In this document: piece by piece, positions 18,809-28,106 of the stretch
Layout of the letters: each line of letters opens with the position of its first letter
Position numbering within the stretch: the stretch's first letter is position 1
Source of the DNA: a virus
Virus record (IMG/VR): IMGVR_UViG_3300045973_000675
Location: 1 to 64,000 of that record
Length of the DNA stretch: 64,000 bases
Direction: 5' to 3' (one strand)
Program-made: the position numbers and the translations under genes
The notes under the pieces: generated by a model
Database searches by the model: none
What the model was told of the DNA's origin: nothing
The model's input: only the letters and a program-made list of their open reading frames with translations

Positions 18809-19492
18809 CTACCGACGGTTCATATCGTTCGGCCACGCGAACGGGGCGGGCGCGACGGGGGCAGGATCTGCAGCCTTCGCGATGGAGTCGATCTTGGTGA
18901 TCTTCTCGTCGGGCATGGCCGCTGCCTTCTTGGCTTCCTCGGCCGCCTTGTCCTTCTCGGCCGCAACTGCTTCGTCCTTGGCCTTCATCTTCTTGTCACC
19001 GCACGCCTTGGCTAGCTTCGCCAGCGTGGCGCACCGGAACACGCGAACCTTGGCGCCCTCGACATCGGTCTCGCCGGTGGCGGACCAGGTGGCCAGGGCA
19101 ACCTTCACGGTCGCGACCATGGGACCGGCATCCATGCCCTTGGCGACCGCGGCCTTTTCGAGGGTCGTCGCGCACATCTCGACCATCTCGTCGGCGCCCA
19201 TATCCTCGCCAGCGTCATCGGTGGCCAGGGTGGCGACGTCCTCGGCGGGGACCATCGGGAACCCGTAGTAGACGCTGTCGAGCACCTTTCCGCACTCGTA
19301 GAGTTCGTCCCACATGTCGATCGAAATGTTGGGATCGATCTCGCCGGCGGTGGCGATCTGGTCCCGCAAAGCGGACAAGCGGGTCACTACCAGCGTGAGG
19401 GCCGTAACCACTCCACCAGCAAAGTCGCTCTGCTTGAGGACTCGGGTGCAGGCGTCGTTGAGCTTCTTGATGATTTCGGTCTTGGTGGCCAT
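18809..19492 (-). CDS. putative internal head/second scaffold-like protein
   Basis: Ala/Lys-rich; ends PFAWPNDMNRR, like the scaffold. Confidence 0.6.
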   Translation of the reverse strand: MATKTEIIKKLNDACTRVLKQSDFAGGVVTALTLVVTRLSALRDQIATAGEIDPNISIDMWDELYECGKVLDSVYYGFPMVPAEDVATLATDDAGEDMGADEMVEMCATTLEKAAVAKGMDAGPMVATVKVALATWSATGETDVEGAKVRVFRCATLAKLAKACGDKKMKAKDEAVAAEKDKAAEEAKKAAAMPDEKITKIDSIAKAADPAPVAPAPFAWPNDMNRR

Positions 19493-19504
19493 GGGTCGGG
19501 CTCC

Positions 19505-19837
19505 TTATTGGGTGTCGTCGCTGCCGGCCCAACTCGCGCGCTTACTGGGTTCCCAGTTCGTGCCGTCGAGATGCGCCTTCAGGGCTGCGGGAAGTTCGTC
19601 GATGATTCGTTCGCTGCTCCACTTCATCACGTGGTGAAGCTCCGCCGCCTTGGCGATGCAGAAGTCGATGCGCTCCTTGATCTTCGCGTCGGTCAGGTGG
19701 CGGACGGGGTGGCTGTCGAAGCTGCTGCGAACGACGCGCCCGACGCCGGCCTGGATTCTCGCCATGTAGACGCCGAAAAGCGAGCCGACGGACGCTCCAC
19801 GGACGTGGCCGTAGGGCGATACGATGAGGCTGGACAT
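19505..19837 (-). CDS. hypothetical protein
   Basis: First gene behind a late-promoter motif. Confidence 0.6.
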   Translation of the reverse strand: MSSLIVSPYGHVRGASVGSLFGVYMARIQAGVGRVVRSSFDSHPVRHLTDAKIKERIDFCIAKAAELHHVMKWSSERIIDELPAALKAHLDGTNWEPSKRASWAGSDDTQ

Positions 19838-19843
19838 GACCCA

Positions 19844-19874
19844 ATGGTCGGGGTGGGGTGCTGGCTACTCAAAA
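19844..19874 (-). promoter_or_regulatory. late promoter motif (protease operon)
   Basis: TTTTGAGTAG-N15-GACCAT-N6-ATG. Confidence 0.7.
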
Positions 19875-19884
19875 TCGGGGGCGG

Positions 19885-20946
19885 TCAGAAGACCGGGATG
19901 ATGGTTGTCCGGCACGACCCGTGGTAGGGCGGCATGCCGATCCCAGCCTTCATCATGGTCTCGCTGGCCATGGCCTCGGAGTAGGTGCCGATCTTGTCCT
20001 TCACGCCCTCGCCGGGCTCATCGATGACAGCCACCGTGTGGGAGCGGGTGCCCCGCTTGTAGTAGAGGATGTCCTGTCCATCGTCGTTCTTGCCCTTCTG
20101 GATCCAAGGCATCTGGTCGACGATGCTTTCGGGATCGTCGCTCTCCTGAACCTGCTTGATTCGCTTGACCGACTTGTCGACCGGGAATTGCTGACCGTTG
20201 AGGAATCTACATGTTTCCGATGTAACCTCGTCGAGGATCGCGCTTGGCGAGTAGGCGCGGATCCCAGCATCGTCGAGCGCGTGGACCTGGGTGAAGTTTC
20301 GCGCCCGGTTCGAGAAGGTTGTGGCGGTGAAGTTCCAGTAGGCATCCGACCGCTTGGCCGCCTTCATGGTGATGGCCAACTCTTCCGAGATGTCGTCCCG
20401 CCCAAGGCCCTTTTCGAGCCCAGCGGCCACGATGTCCCGCGCCTTGGTGGACAGGCGTTTTCCGATCTCCCCGTAGTTGTTGCGCACGAATAGCGCGCTG
20501 GTCTCGCGCAAACTTTCGGCGGTATCGAGGTCTCGCTTGGTCAGATCCGTCTCGATCGCCAGGTCGTACCGTTTCACTAGTTGCTTGCGGGTCGGCGGGA
20601 TGATCTGGTCGGCGCTGATCTCAAACGTGGCCCGCAGTCCCGGCAGCTCCTTCTCGCCGGACGCCGCCAACAGCTCTTCGATCTCGTGCATCTTCGCCGT
20701 GCGCTTGGCCGCGGACATCTCGGGCCAGTTGGCATCGACGATCTGGGCGGCCTCATCGGCGGTGGCGTTCTCGATCGGAGCAACCTTGGCCCGCAGTGCC
20801 CTGGCCACCCGGCGGACCATGGTGACGAACTGCACCGGATGAAGCGGGTTCAGCGCCTTCTCGATGGGGACGCGTAACACATCATCAAGGAGCCAGTCGG
20901 CTGCCTCGACCCCGGCTTGCAGCGTTTCACCGCAGCGGTCGCACAC
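19885..20946 (-). CDS. head morphogenesis/minor head protein (SPP1 gp7 / Mu F)
   Basis: AILDEVTSETCRFLNG...PPYHGSCRTTIIP. Confidence 0.9.
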   Translation of the reverse strand: MCDRCGETLQAGVEAADWLLDDVLRVPIEKALNPLHPVQFVTMVRRVARALRAKVAPIENATADEAAQIVDANWPEMSAAKRTAKMHEIEELLAASGEKELPGLRATFEISADQIIPPTRKQLVKRYDLAIETDLTKRDLDTAESLRETSALFVRNNYGEIGKRLSTKARDIVAAGLEKGLGRDDISEELAITMKAAKRSDAYWNFTATTFSNRARNFTQVHALDDAGIRAYSPSAILDEVTSETCRFLNGQQFPVDKSVKRIKQVQESDDPESIVDQMPWIQKGKNDDGQDILYYKRGTRSHTVAVIDEPGEGVKDKIGTYSEAMASETMMKAGIGMPPYHGSCRTTIIPVF

Positions 20947-20949
20947 GGG

Positions 20950-22830
20950 CTACGTCTCCGTGATGAAAGGGGCCAGCTCGGAAGCGGGCACGCGGATGAC
21001 CTGCTCGTCGTCATCGCTCGATTGCTTGTGGACTGCGAATTCCTTGGCCGCACTATCCTGCTCGGCAGCCAGCACGCTCTTTCGAATGGCGACGAGGTGC
21101 TTGGCCATGGCCACGATGTTGCCCTCCTGACGTGCCTTCTCAGCTCCGGCAAGGTTATCGGAGATGCCAAGCCCACCGCCGCCGGCGGCGCCCGCCAGCG
21201 TGAGGGCGAACGGTTCATCCCCGCCATCGACAGGCTTGTAGTCGCGGCCGAACACGTCCTCGGCCACGGCGCGAATCTCGTTTCGGCTGAGGGCGTTCTC
21301 GAACTGCTTCGCCGCCAGGGCCAGTGCTTCGGGATTCTTGAGGTCCGCTCCCAGCGACTCGAATTTGTAGTAGCGGATCCCGAGGTCGGTCAGGATGGTG
21401 CGATCCATCAAATAGTCGAAGGCGTTGCGCTCGCCCGAGAAGACCTGCTGTTCGGCGAATGCCAGGGCAGCGTCGGCTGTAGCCCTATTTACATCGCTGG
21501 AATCGCCGCGAAGAATCTTGGGAAGCCGAAACGACTCGCCGATCTTGTTTCGGTTCCGCTCGTCGTACTCCATGAACAGGCCATCCTTCAGGATGGCGTC
21601 GGTCAGGGGTTGGATCTTGATCCGCACCTTCCCGTCGGCGGTCGTGCCGGTGGAGTTCTCGGCCGGCATCGCCTCGAGGATGATGGCCTTGTGGAAGTTG
21701 CGCGCTCCCCTGATCTTGTTCTCGATGAAATCCTTGAACGCCTTTACCGATTGGCTCGATAGCCTGCCGCCTTCAATCAGCACTGCCATCGGCGGGATCG
21801 ACTTGTTGTCGAAGAACAGATAGTTGATGTACTCGGCCTTTCGACTTCCCTGGACGGACAGGTAGTTGCCAATCCAGCGCGGCAACCCGTAGGGGCCGGT
21901 CGGATTGTAGAGGGCATCGCACCACAGCTCGGTCGCCTCCATGGTGGTGGGCTCGGCTGCCATCATGGCATCGACGCAGGCTTGGCGATCTTTTCCCGCC
22001 TCGTAAAGCGTCCCTGTCTTTACGCTCATCACGCGCGTGTCGCCGAACTCCTTGAAGTACGCCGGGATGCCCTCGCAGAGTTGGATGTAGCGGCGAAAGC
22101 GGCGCCACTTCAAGATCGTTCTGGTCGTGATCGGTGAGATGCGAACTGGCACCGAAACCTTGATCCATGGCCCACGCTTGAGCATGCGAATCGTGTACGA
22201 CGGGACGTGCCTTAGCTCGGCGATCTTCCTCAGTCCGTTGCGGATGACCTCCCAGTAGCCGCTGCCGTTCGTCTCCTTGTCGTGCCGCGATCTCCGCCGC
22301 AGCTCCACAAACGAATATTGGTCGGTGCAGTAGTCGAAGAACGAGGTGATGCGCGCCAGCTCCTTGCGCATCTCGGACGCGACGATAGCTTTGCGCTGGG
22401 CCACTTCAGCCGACGTGGGCTCGGGCGGGTCGGGCTGGGTATCGGCGCCGGACGCTTCTTCCATGGCATCCAATCGTTCCAGATAGATGACGTCGGCGAT
22501 TTTCTTGTCCGCGTCCTCTTTGGTCAGGTCGATGATGGGGACGAAGCGATGACCGAAACCGTCGCAGTTGGTGACGTATGAGTGCACGCACTGGGGGAGG
22601 ATGTTGGACTCCTCGACCATGCGGCCGAGCAGCTCGGGTGGATAGGGGGGCACGAGCGCCCCTGCGTCGCCGAACATCCCGGCGATACGCTTGTCCTCTT
22701 CCTCGCGGACATTGCTCGGCGGCGCATCGTCGTAGCTGATGACGTGCATCTTGGTGATGGCGGTGCGGTCGTTGTCCGCCACCTCTTCGTCGTCGTCGAC
22801 CTTGGCGATCGCTTTCCCTTCGTCAGCCAT
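20950..22830 (-). CDS. portal protein (PBSX type)
   Basis: DKETNGSGYWEVIRN, YGLPRWIG, FFDNKSIP, IGESFRLPKILRG...NRATA. Confidence 0.93.
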   Translation of the reverse strand: MADEGKAIAKVDDDEEVADNDRTAITKMHVISYDDAPPSNVREEEDKRIAGMFGDAGALVPPYPPELLGRMVEESNILPQCVHSYVTNCDGFGHRFVPIIDLTKEDADKKIADVIYLERLDAMEEASGADTQPDPPEPTSAEVAQRKAIVASEMRKELARITSFFDYCTDQYSFVELRRRSRHDKETNGSGYWEVIRNGLRKIAELRHVPSYTIRMLKRGPWIKVSVPVRISPITTRTILKWRRFRRYIQLCEGIPAYFKEFGDTRVMSVKTGTLYEAGKDRQACVDAMMAAEPTTMEATELWCDALYNPTGPYGLPRWIGNYLSVQGSRKAEYINYLFFDNKSIPPMAVLIEGGRLSSQSVKAFKDFIENKIRGARNFHKAIILEAMPAENSTGTTADGKVRIKIQPLTDAILKDGLFMEYDERNRNKIGESFRLPKILRGDSSDVNRATADAALAFAEQQVFSGERNAFDYLMDRTILTDLGIRYYKFESLGADLKNPEALALAAKQFENALSRNEIRAVAEDVFGRDYKPVDGGDEPFALTLAGAAGGGGLGISDNLAGAEKARQEGNIVAMAKHLVAIRKSVLAAEQDSAAKEFAVHKQSSDDDEQVIRVPASELAPFITET

Positions 22831-22833
22831 GGG

Positions 22834-23121
22834 CTAGCCTTCGGAGGACAGCACGGCCTGCGGGGTTCCGCTCGTGTAGGCGGTCACGTTAGCCCGCACC
22901 TTCTTGACCCGCAATGGAATCTGAACCTGCCCGGGTGCCGTGATGGCCGCGCCGATGTTCACCGGATCTGCATCGGTCGCCACCGTGTACTGGAGCTGCA
23001 CCGTGGCCGAGAACGTTCCGAAGACCGTGATCCAGCCGTCCTTGATCGAATCGCAGGTCAACCACGCCCCGGCGGCGACGGACGTTGGAACGGCTAACGC
23101 ATTGAAAGATGAGGAGGCCAT
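22834..23121 (-). CDS. small beta-sandwich virion protein
   Basis: GTFSATVQLQ...VRANVTAYTSGT; starts 6 nt after a promoter -10. Confidence 0.65.
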   Translation of the reverse strand: MASSSFNALAVPTSVAAGAWLTCDSIKDGWITVFGTFSATVQLQYTVATDADPVNIGAAITAPGQVQIPLRVKKVRANVTAYTSGTPQAVLSSEG

Positions 23122-23127
23122 GCCCCC

Positions 23128-23158
23128 ATGGTCGGCGCACTCGTTGCGCAACCCAAAA
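23128..23158 (-). promoter_or_regulatory. late promoter motif (portal operon)
   Basis: TTTTGGGTTG-N15-GACCAT-N6-ATG. Confidence 0.65.
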
Positions 23159-23166
23159 TCGGGGCG

Positions 23167-24564
23167 CTACTCGAAGGTCGTCTCGGCGGCGTACCCGTCC
23201 AGGAACGTCGTCCAGAAGTCCATCGGGATGAACGTCGTCTCTCCTGTTTGGCTATCCAGGAAAAACGTGTCGTAGTCGGTCTGCTCGAAGGTCGTGTCAG
23301 CAGCGTAGCCGTCCAGGAACGTCGTCTCGGATTCAACGGTCGTACCGTACTGCGGGGTTGAGGCGTGTGCATCCGCTGACTCGGCGCTGGCTTCCGCCTC
23401 CGACGTGGAAGCGGAAAAACTTGCTCCCGCGTTCGCTTGCTCAAGCTCTGCCTCGGATTCTCCGATCCCGACCGCTCGAACCGCGGTGGCGGAGACTTGC
23501 TCGGATGACGTTTCCGATTCAGACATGGACGCCGTGACCAGGCGCCCAGCCACGATCTGTTCAGATTCCGATTCGGACTCGGCCGCTGCAACGGTCGCGG
23601 CCTGCACCTGTGACGTCTGTTCCGATTCAGCTATGGAATCTGACGCGGATACCACAGCGACGCGTGCTACAGCGGCTGTCTCGGTTTCAGCTTCCGATTC
23701 GGCCACGTTGGCGGATAGGGCCAGTCCCCCCGATATCTGCTCGGATTCGGTCTGTGCTTCACCCACCGCGACCGTTGCTGCCGTTGCCGCGGATGCCTGT
23801 TCGACCTCGGATGCAGATTCGGCGAGCCCGACTACCCGCGCGGCAGACGCGCCAACGCCTTCCGCTTCTCCCTCCGATTCGCTCACGTTGGCCGTGAAGG
23901 ACAGTCCCGCCGCGACTTGCTCCGCTTCTGCTGTAGCCTCCGCCACCCCTGCCGTTGACGTCGCGGCAGTCGCGACCTGCTCGGCTTGGGCCTCGGCTTC
24001 CGAGACGCCGGCCGCGGCCACCGTTGCCGCCCCGGCGATTTCCGTTAGGCCTTCCGACTCCGCGACGGGCGCCGTGAACACGAGTCCCGTGGCCACCTGC
24101 TCTGCTTCAGCTTCGGATTCGCCGACAGTCGCAGTCGTGACCCGCGTGGCGGACGCCGATTCAGCTACGGCTTCTGCATCGGCTACGCCCTGGGTAAACG
24201 ACGCGCCTGCCCCGATAGCCTCAGTCTCCGATTCCGATTCAGCGACGGAGGGGCGCAGCGTTGTAGTCGTCGCGGTCGCCTCAGCTTCGGCCTCCGACTC
24301 TGCAACGGACGCGGACAACACGAGCCCGGTTGTGACCTGCTCGGCCTCGGCTTCGGATTCGCTGACCGCCCCTGTGGTGGCGCGCGAAACGGCCGCCGAC
24401 TCTGTCTCTGCCGCTGACTCTGCAACTCCAGCACTCGCCGACGTCTGGGCCGCAGTTCCCTCCCCTACCGCCTCGCCCTCTGCAACGTTGGCCGTGTAGA
24501 GCGTAGAAGAACCAGCATCGAACGCGTCGGCCTGGAATGCGTCCGTCTGGAACGCTTGCGCCAT
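23167..24564 (-). CDS. acidic 20-aa tandem-repeat fibre-like protein
   Basis: About 19 repeats of V[AS]ESE[AST]E[AT]E-x; N-terminal AFQxDAFQ; C-terminal TTFLDGYAA repeats. Confidence 0.8.
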   Translation of the reverse strand: MAQAFQTDAFQADAFDAGSSTLYTANVAEGEAVGEGTAAQTSASAGVAESAAETESAAVSRATTGAVSESEAEAEQVTTGLVLSASVAESEAEAEATATTTTLRPSVAESESETEAIGAGASFTQGVADAEAVAESASATRVTTATVGESEAEAEQVATGLVFTAPVAESEGLTEIAGAATVAAAGVSEAEAQAEQVATAATSTAGVAEATAEAEQVAAGLSFTANVSESEGEAEGVGASAARVVGLAESASEVEQASAATAATVAVGEAQTESEQISGGLALSANVAESEAETETAAVARVAVVSASDSIAESEQTSQVQAATVAAAESESESEQIVAGRLVTASMSESETSSEQVSATAVRAVGIGESEAELEQANAGASFSASTSEAEASAESADAHASTPQYGTTVESETTFLDGYAADTTFEQTDYDTFFLDSQTGETTFIPMDFWTTFLDGYAAETTFE

Positions 24565-24567
24565 GGC

Positions 24568-27072
24568 CTACCCAGGTACTGCCGAGAGCATTGCTAGGTA
24601 GGGGGCGCTCGCGACCATGACCGCTCCAGTGGGCCATTTCGGCCCGAAGGCGGCGTTGGCCTGCCCCGTGAGCTTCCATCCTACCGGACCCAACACACCC
24701 GAGAAAGGCAATCCCGTCGTGGCAAGTGTTGGCATGTCGGGAACGGGGCCGTCGATCTGTCGAAGAATCGGAACCGTGGTGGGAGCGACGTTGATCTTCA
24801 TGACCAACCAGTACAGGCCCGGGTCGAGTTCCAGGTCATTTAGTCCGGTGGCCGACTTAAACGCCGCAGTTGTTCCAACGGCAACGCCGGCGCTCTTCTC
24901 GCTCATCAGCGTACCGGGCTGACCAGGCGAGCAAGCATCGTCGGCAAAGATGGCCAGACGCACGGTGGTCCCAGTGGTGGGCGCATTCGTGCACTCGAAG
25001 CCAATCGCTGTGAATCGAGTGCTCCCCTGCGTGATCCGAAAGGGCACAGCAAAAGTGTCACCAGCCACACATGTGTACGTGGCTGCTGAGATTCTCGCAC
25101 CGGGGGTATGGTAGTAGTTGCCGGGTCTAACCGTGTACTGAACGGCGCCACTTGCAGCAGGGGATCCCGCCATGCAGGCCGCGTTTCCGTAGCTGGAAGC
25201 CGGTGGCGCGAGGCGATTGAACGCGTCCACCAACGCCTGTGCCGCCTTGACCGCCCCGATCTCATTGTAGTGTAGGCCCGCAGGTGCGTTGGGCGAGTAG
25301 CAAAGATCGACTGCCCCAATGGCGCCATCGCAGTCCGCCTCTTGGACCATCGAATCGAATTCGCCGATCAGGCTGCGAAGGGCGATGTTCCAATTCAAAA
25401 CGTCCGTGTCTCGATTTGCTCCGGTGTTCGACGTTGCCTTCCACGGAGCGTAGAACGATGCCGCGTCGATGGCGGCGTGACCGATGGCGCTCAAGCGCGA
25501 TAGGCTGCAGACGATGACCGGCGAGGGCGAAAGCGATTCAAGCCACCACGAATCGAAGGACACGTTGCCGCTGGCATCCACAGAGGACACGGTTCCGATG
25601 ATCGTTTGCGTGGCGCCTGTGACCGGGGCTGTGTAGCGCACGATCACCGGGCAGGTGACGGCGTCAGCTGCGGCCTTGATGTTCGAGCACGAAAGCGTGC
25701 CAGTGAGCCCGGCGGTTCCGGACCATGTGACCACCCCGCCCACGACGCCTGGGCGCCCGATCAGGCAAATCGCGATCTTCTCGCCCTTGTAGTCGGCGGG
25801 AATCGTAATCGTGAACGTCGCCGACGTGGTCGTGGTGGAGTTGCGAAGCGTGCCGGTCGTGCTGCGGCCTTCCTGCGCCGTCAGGGCGGTCATGCCAGCG
25901 CCGTAGGCAACAGATGCGTCCGCGTTGTCCCGCACCGTCGAGGCTCGGCAGCGGCTGATCGCAAATCTCATTGCGTGGATGAATGCCGTCTGCGACTGCG
26001 CGGAATTTCCGTAGTTTCCGAGGTCGTTCAAACCAAAGCAGAGCAGGTGTCCGCCGCCGCTGGCGGTGTAAGGCGTCGTCTTCGCGGTGGTCTTGGTACC
26101 CCTGTACTGCGTGCCAAACGCGACTGCGTGCCATCCGCCGAGTCCATTCTGAATGAGGCCGTCGGCCGTAATGCGTGAACCGTTGACCGCTCGGTTGGTC
26201 CAGTCTAGAGTCGAAAATCCCAGCATCGAGCGTGCGAGGGCGTCGAAGCGTCCCGTCTGATCGTAGGTCGCAACGCCATTCATGAAGTACGAATGTCCCC
26301 ACGCCGTCCACTGACGAACCGCGAGCTGAGCAAGCTGCGCCGGCTTGTTCATGATGTCCGGCTCCCACGCCCCTGGCGCAGTCGCAATCGACGTGGCGTT
26401 GACGTAGAGGTTCTCGCCAGGGCGAACAAAAGCAATGAACCCGCCGCCATTGGCGTTGACCGTGACGACTCCAGACCCGGTCGTGAGGTTGTCGATCTCG
26501 TAGGCCCAATCCGCGAACGGAAGTGTGTTGGCCGCGGGCAGGATAACCGTTTGCGCTGTTATTCCCGATCCAGTCAGGATGAGCTGGCGCGGACTTGCGT
26601 TCGTGAGGGTTGTGGTTCCGCCCGACATCGCGACGGTCTGTGTGCCCTGCGGCTGCACCAAGAGCGCAAGCTGCGTCTCCGCCACATTCGATGCGACCAC
26701 GTGGGGACTCTGCAATCCCCACACGCCGGCCGCCTCGTCGATGAGCACGCACCAGTCCGAAACCCCGCTGAGGACAAACGAGGTCGCGCCTCCGATGGTG
26801 TCCGCGCCCGAGCGATTCAGTGTCACGATGCCCGCGCCGAGCATGCAGACGAAGATCGGCTTACCCGATCCGGTCGCAGCCGGGACCGTGACGGCGTAGG
26901 TCCCCGCGGCCAGCGTCACCGCGTCGTCAGCAAGCGCGATGGTGTCTGCGCCCGAGATGGCGTGCTTGGCGTAGTCCAGCGAGTGGGTTGCGTTCCAATT
27001 ACTCGGACGTACAAGGGTCGCGTCGGCCCCATCGGCCTTCCCCGATACAAATGGATGTGTTACCGATGGCAT
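24568..27072 (-). CDS. fibre/spike protein with SGNH-esterase-like domain
   Basis: N-terminal LVRPSNWNATH; GHSY, GLND and GLHYNxxG blocks resemble SGNH motifs; beta-rich C-terminus. Confidence 0.7.
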   Translation of the reverse strand: MPSVTHPFVSGKADGADATLVRPSNWNATHSLDYAKHAISGADTIALADDAVTLAAGTYAVTVPAATGSGKPIFVCMLGAGIVTLNRSGADTIGGATSFVLSGVSDWCVLIDEAAGVWGLQSPHVVASNVAETQLALLVQPQGTQTVAMSGGTTTLTNASPRQLILTGSGITAQTVILPAANTLPFADWAYEIDNLTTGSGVVTVNANGGGFIAFVRPGENLYVNATSIATAPGAWEPDIMNKPAQLAQLAVRQWTAWGHSYFMNGVATYDQTGRFDALARSMLGFSTLDWTNRAVNGSRITADGLIQNGLGGWHAVAFGTQYRGTKTTAKTTPYTASGGGHLLCFGLNDLGNYGNSAQSQTAFIHAMRFAISRCRASTVRDNADASVAYGAGMTALTAQEGRSTTGTLRNSTTTTSATFTITIPADYKGEKIAICLIGRPGVVGGVVTWSGTAGLTGTLSCSNIKAAADAVTCPVIVRYTAPVTGATQTIIGTVSSVDASGNVSFDSWWLESLSPSPVIVCSLSRLSAIGHAAIDAASFYAPWKATSNTGANRDTDVLNWNIALRSLIGEFDSMVQEADCDGAIGAVDLCYSPNAPAGLHYNEIGAVKAAQALVDAFNRLAPPASSYGNAACMAGSPAASGAVQYTVRPGNYYHTPGARISAATYTCVAGDTFAVPFRITQGSTRFTAIGFECTNAPTTGTTVRLAIFADDACSPGQPGTLMSEKSAGVAVGTTAAFKSATGLNDLELDPGLYWLVMKINVAPTTVPILRQIDGPVPDMPTLATTGLPFSGVLGPVGWKLTGQANAAFGPKWPTGAVMVASAPYLAMLSAVPG

Positions 27073-27099
27073 GGCTGCTCCGGGACGAGCGATGCCTGA

Positions 27100-27738
27100 T
27101 TACGTCAGCGTGATCGTGAACGTGACCGCGAGCTGGTCGCCGACCTGTAGTGACCGCTGTGTGAAGGCCAGCACGTGGTGCATGGTCCCGGCACTGGAAG
27201 CCGAGAAGAGCGCGGCCTTCTGCGCCGACTGTGCCCCGGTCGAGCACGTGAATGTCTTCGAGATCGTTGCGGTACTGGCACCCGCTGAGTGGGCATAGGC
27301 TCCGATTGCCCTCGTCAGTCCGTTGGCCGCAATCTCGGTCGATAGCGTGGTGCTGGCCGTGGTCTCGGTCAGGGTGTCATTGGAGAGCGCGATGTAGTTG
27401 AGCCCGTTCGCCTGTGCGCTGGTCCCGTAGGTCTGGGCGAATGTGAAGTCGATCCCCGCAGTGGTCTTGACGTTGTAGACGGTGTCGGATCCGATCACCT
27501 TGCACCCGGTGTGCTTCACCGGGTTCGCGCAGCGGATGTGCTGGATGACGCCCTTGGCTCGGTGGACCTGCACGGCGTCGGAGGTCTGGGTGTTGGCCGT
27601 AAATCCCGTGGTTGCCCGCTCTCCCGCGCTGACCACGTCACGGGTTGCGCTGAGTCCGAGCAGGGGGTTGAGTGCGGCGCCCAGTACCAGGGCGCAGAGG
27701 ATGGCTGCGAAATTGACGATTCTGCTTTGCTGTCTCAT
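27100..27738 (-). CDS. fibre-base-type structural protein with N-terminal signal peptide/TM
   Basis: Start ATG 27738 (SD GGAG): MRQQSRIVNFAAILCALVLGAALNPLLGLSA; C-terminal YIALS..TTLSTEI..KAALF..GDQLAVTFTITL domain common in phage structural modules. Confidence 0.75.
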   Translation of the reverse strand: MRQQSRIVNFAAILCALVLGAALNPLLGLSATRDVVSAGERATTGFTANTQTSDAVQVHRAKGVIQHIRCANPVKHTGCKVIGSDTVYNVKTTAGIDFTFAQTYGTSAQANGLNYIALSNDTLTETTASTTLSTEIAANGLTRAIGAYAHSAGASTATISKTFTCSTGAQSAQKAALFSASSAGTMHHVLAFTQRSLQVGDQLAVTFTITLT

Positions 27739-27740
27739 GG

Positions 27741-28061
27741 TCACTCCAAAATGAAAAGGTTCAACGGAACCCCGCGGGCGACTCCCCCGCCGGGCAAATC
27801 CAGGTGTGGATACAGACGGTAACGGCCGGGCTGCGCGGTCTCCAATCCCAGGGCGTCGAACGTGTGGACCATGGTCGCGACGTCCATGGCAGCCGCCGCG
27901 ATGATGGCGGGCCACACGACCTCGTCGCCGTTCTCGGCCCGCACGATAAAGTGGCATGCGGTCCCGGTCGTGGCGTCGAAGGTGCTGCCCGCCTTGCGGT
28001 GAACGCGCACGGTCAGCGACTCGGGAGCGAGCGCCCCGGCGTAGATTGAGATCGATGCCAC
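27741..28061 (-). CDS. BppU-N-like small structural protein
   Basis: VVWPA...HTF...QPGRYRLYPHL pattern; GTG start 6 nt after a promoter -10. Confidence 0.6.
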   Translation of the reverse strand: MASISIYAGALAPESLTVRVHRKAGSTFDATTGTACHFIVRAENGDEVVWPAIIAAAAMDVATMVHTFDALGLETAQPGRYRLYPHLDLPGGGVARGVPLNLFILE

Positions 28062-28067
28062 CCACCG

Positions 28068-28098
28068 AGTGTCGGGCGTGGTGGCGCGCTACTCAAAA
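28068..28098 (-). promoter_or_regulatory. late promoter motif (fibre cassette)
   Basis: TTTTGAGTAG-N15-GACACT-N6-GTG. Confidence 0.7.
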
Positions 28099-28106
28099 GC
28101 GGGCGG

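Noticed and set aside
23167-24564. CRISPR array or DGR template/variable repeat
   Set aside because: The repeats are degenerate and protein-level; there are no identical repeats with spacers, and no cas or reverse transcriptase gene in the window.
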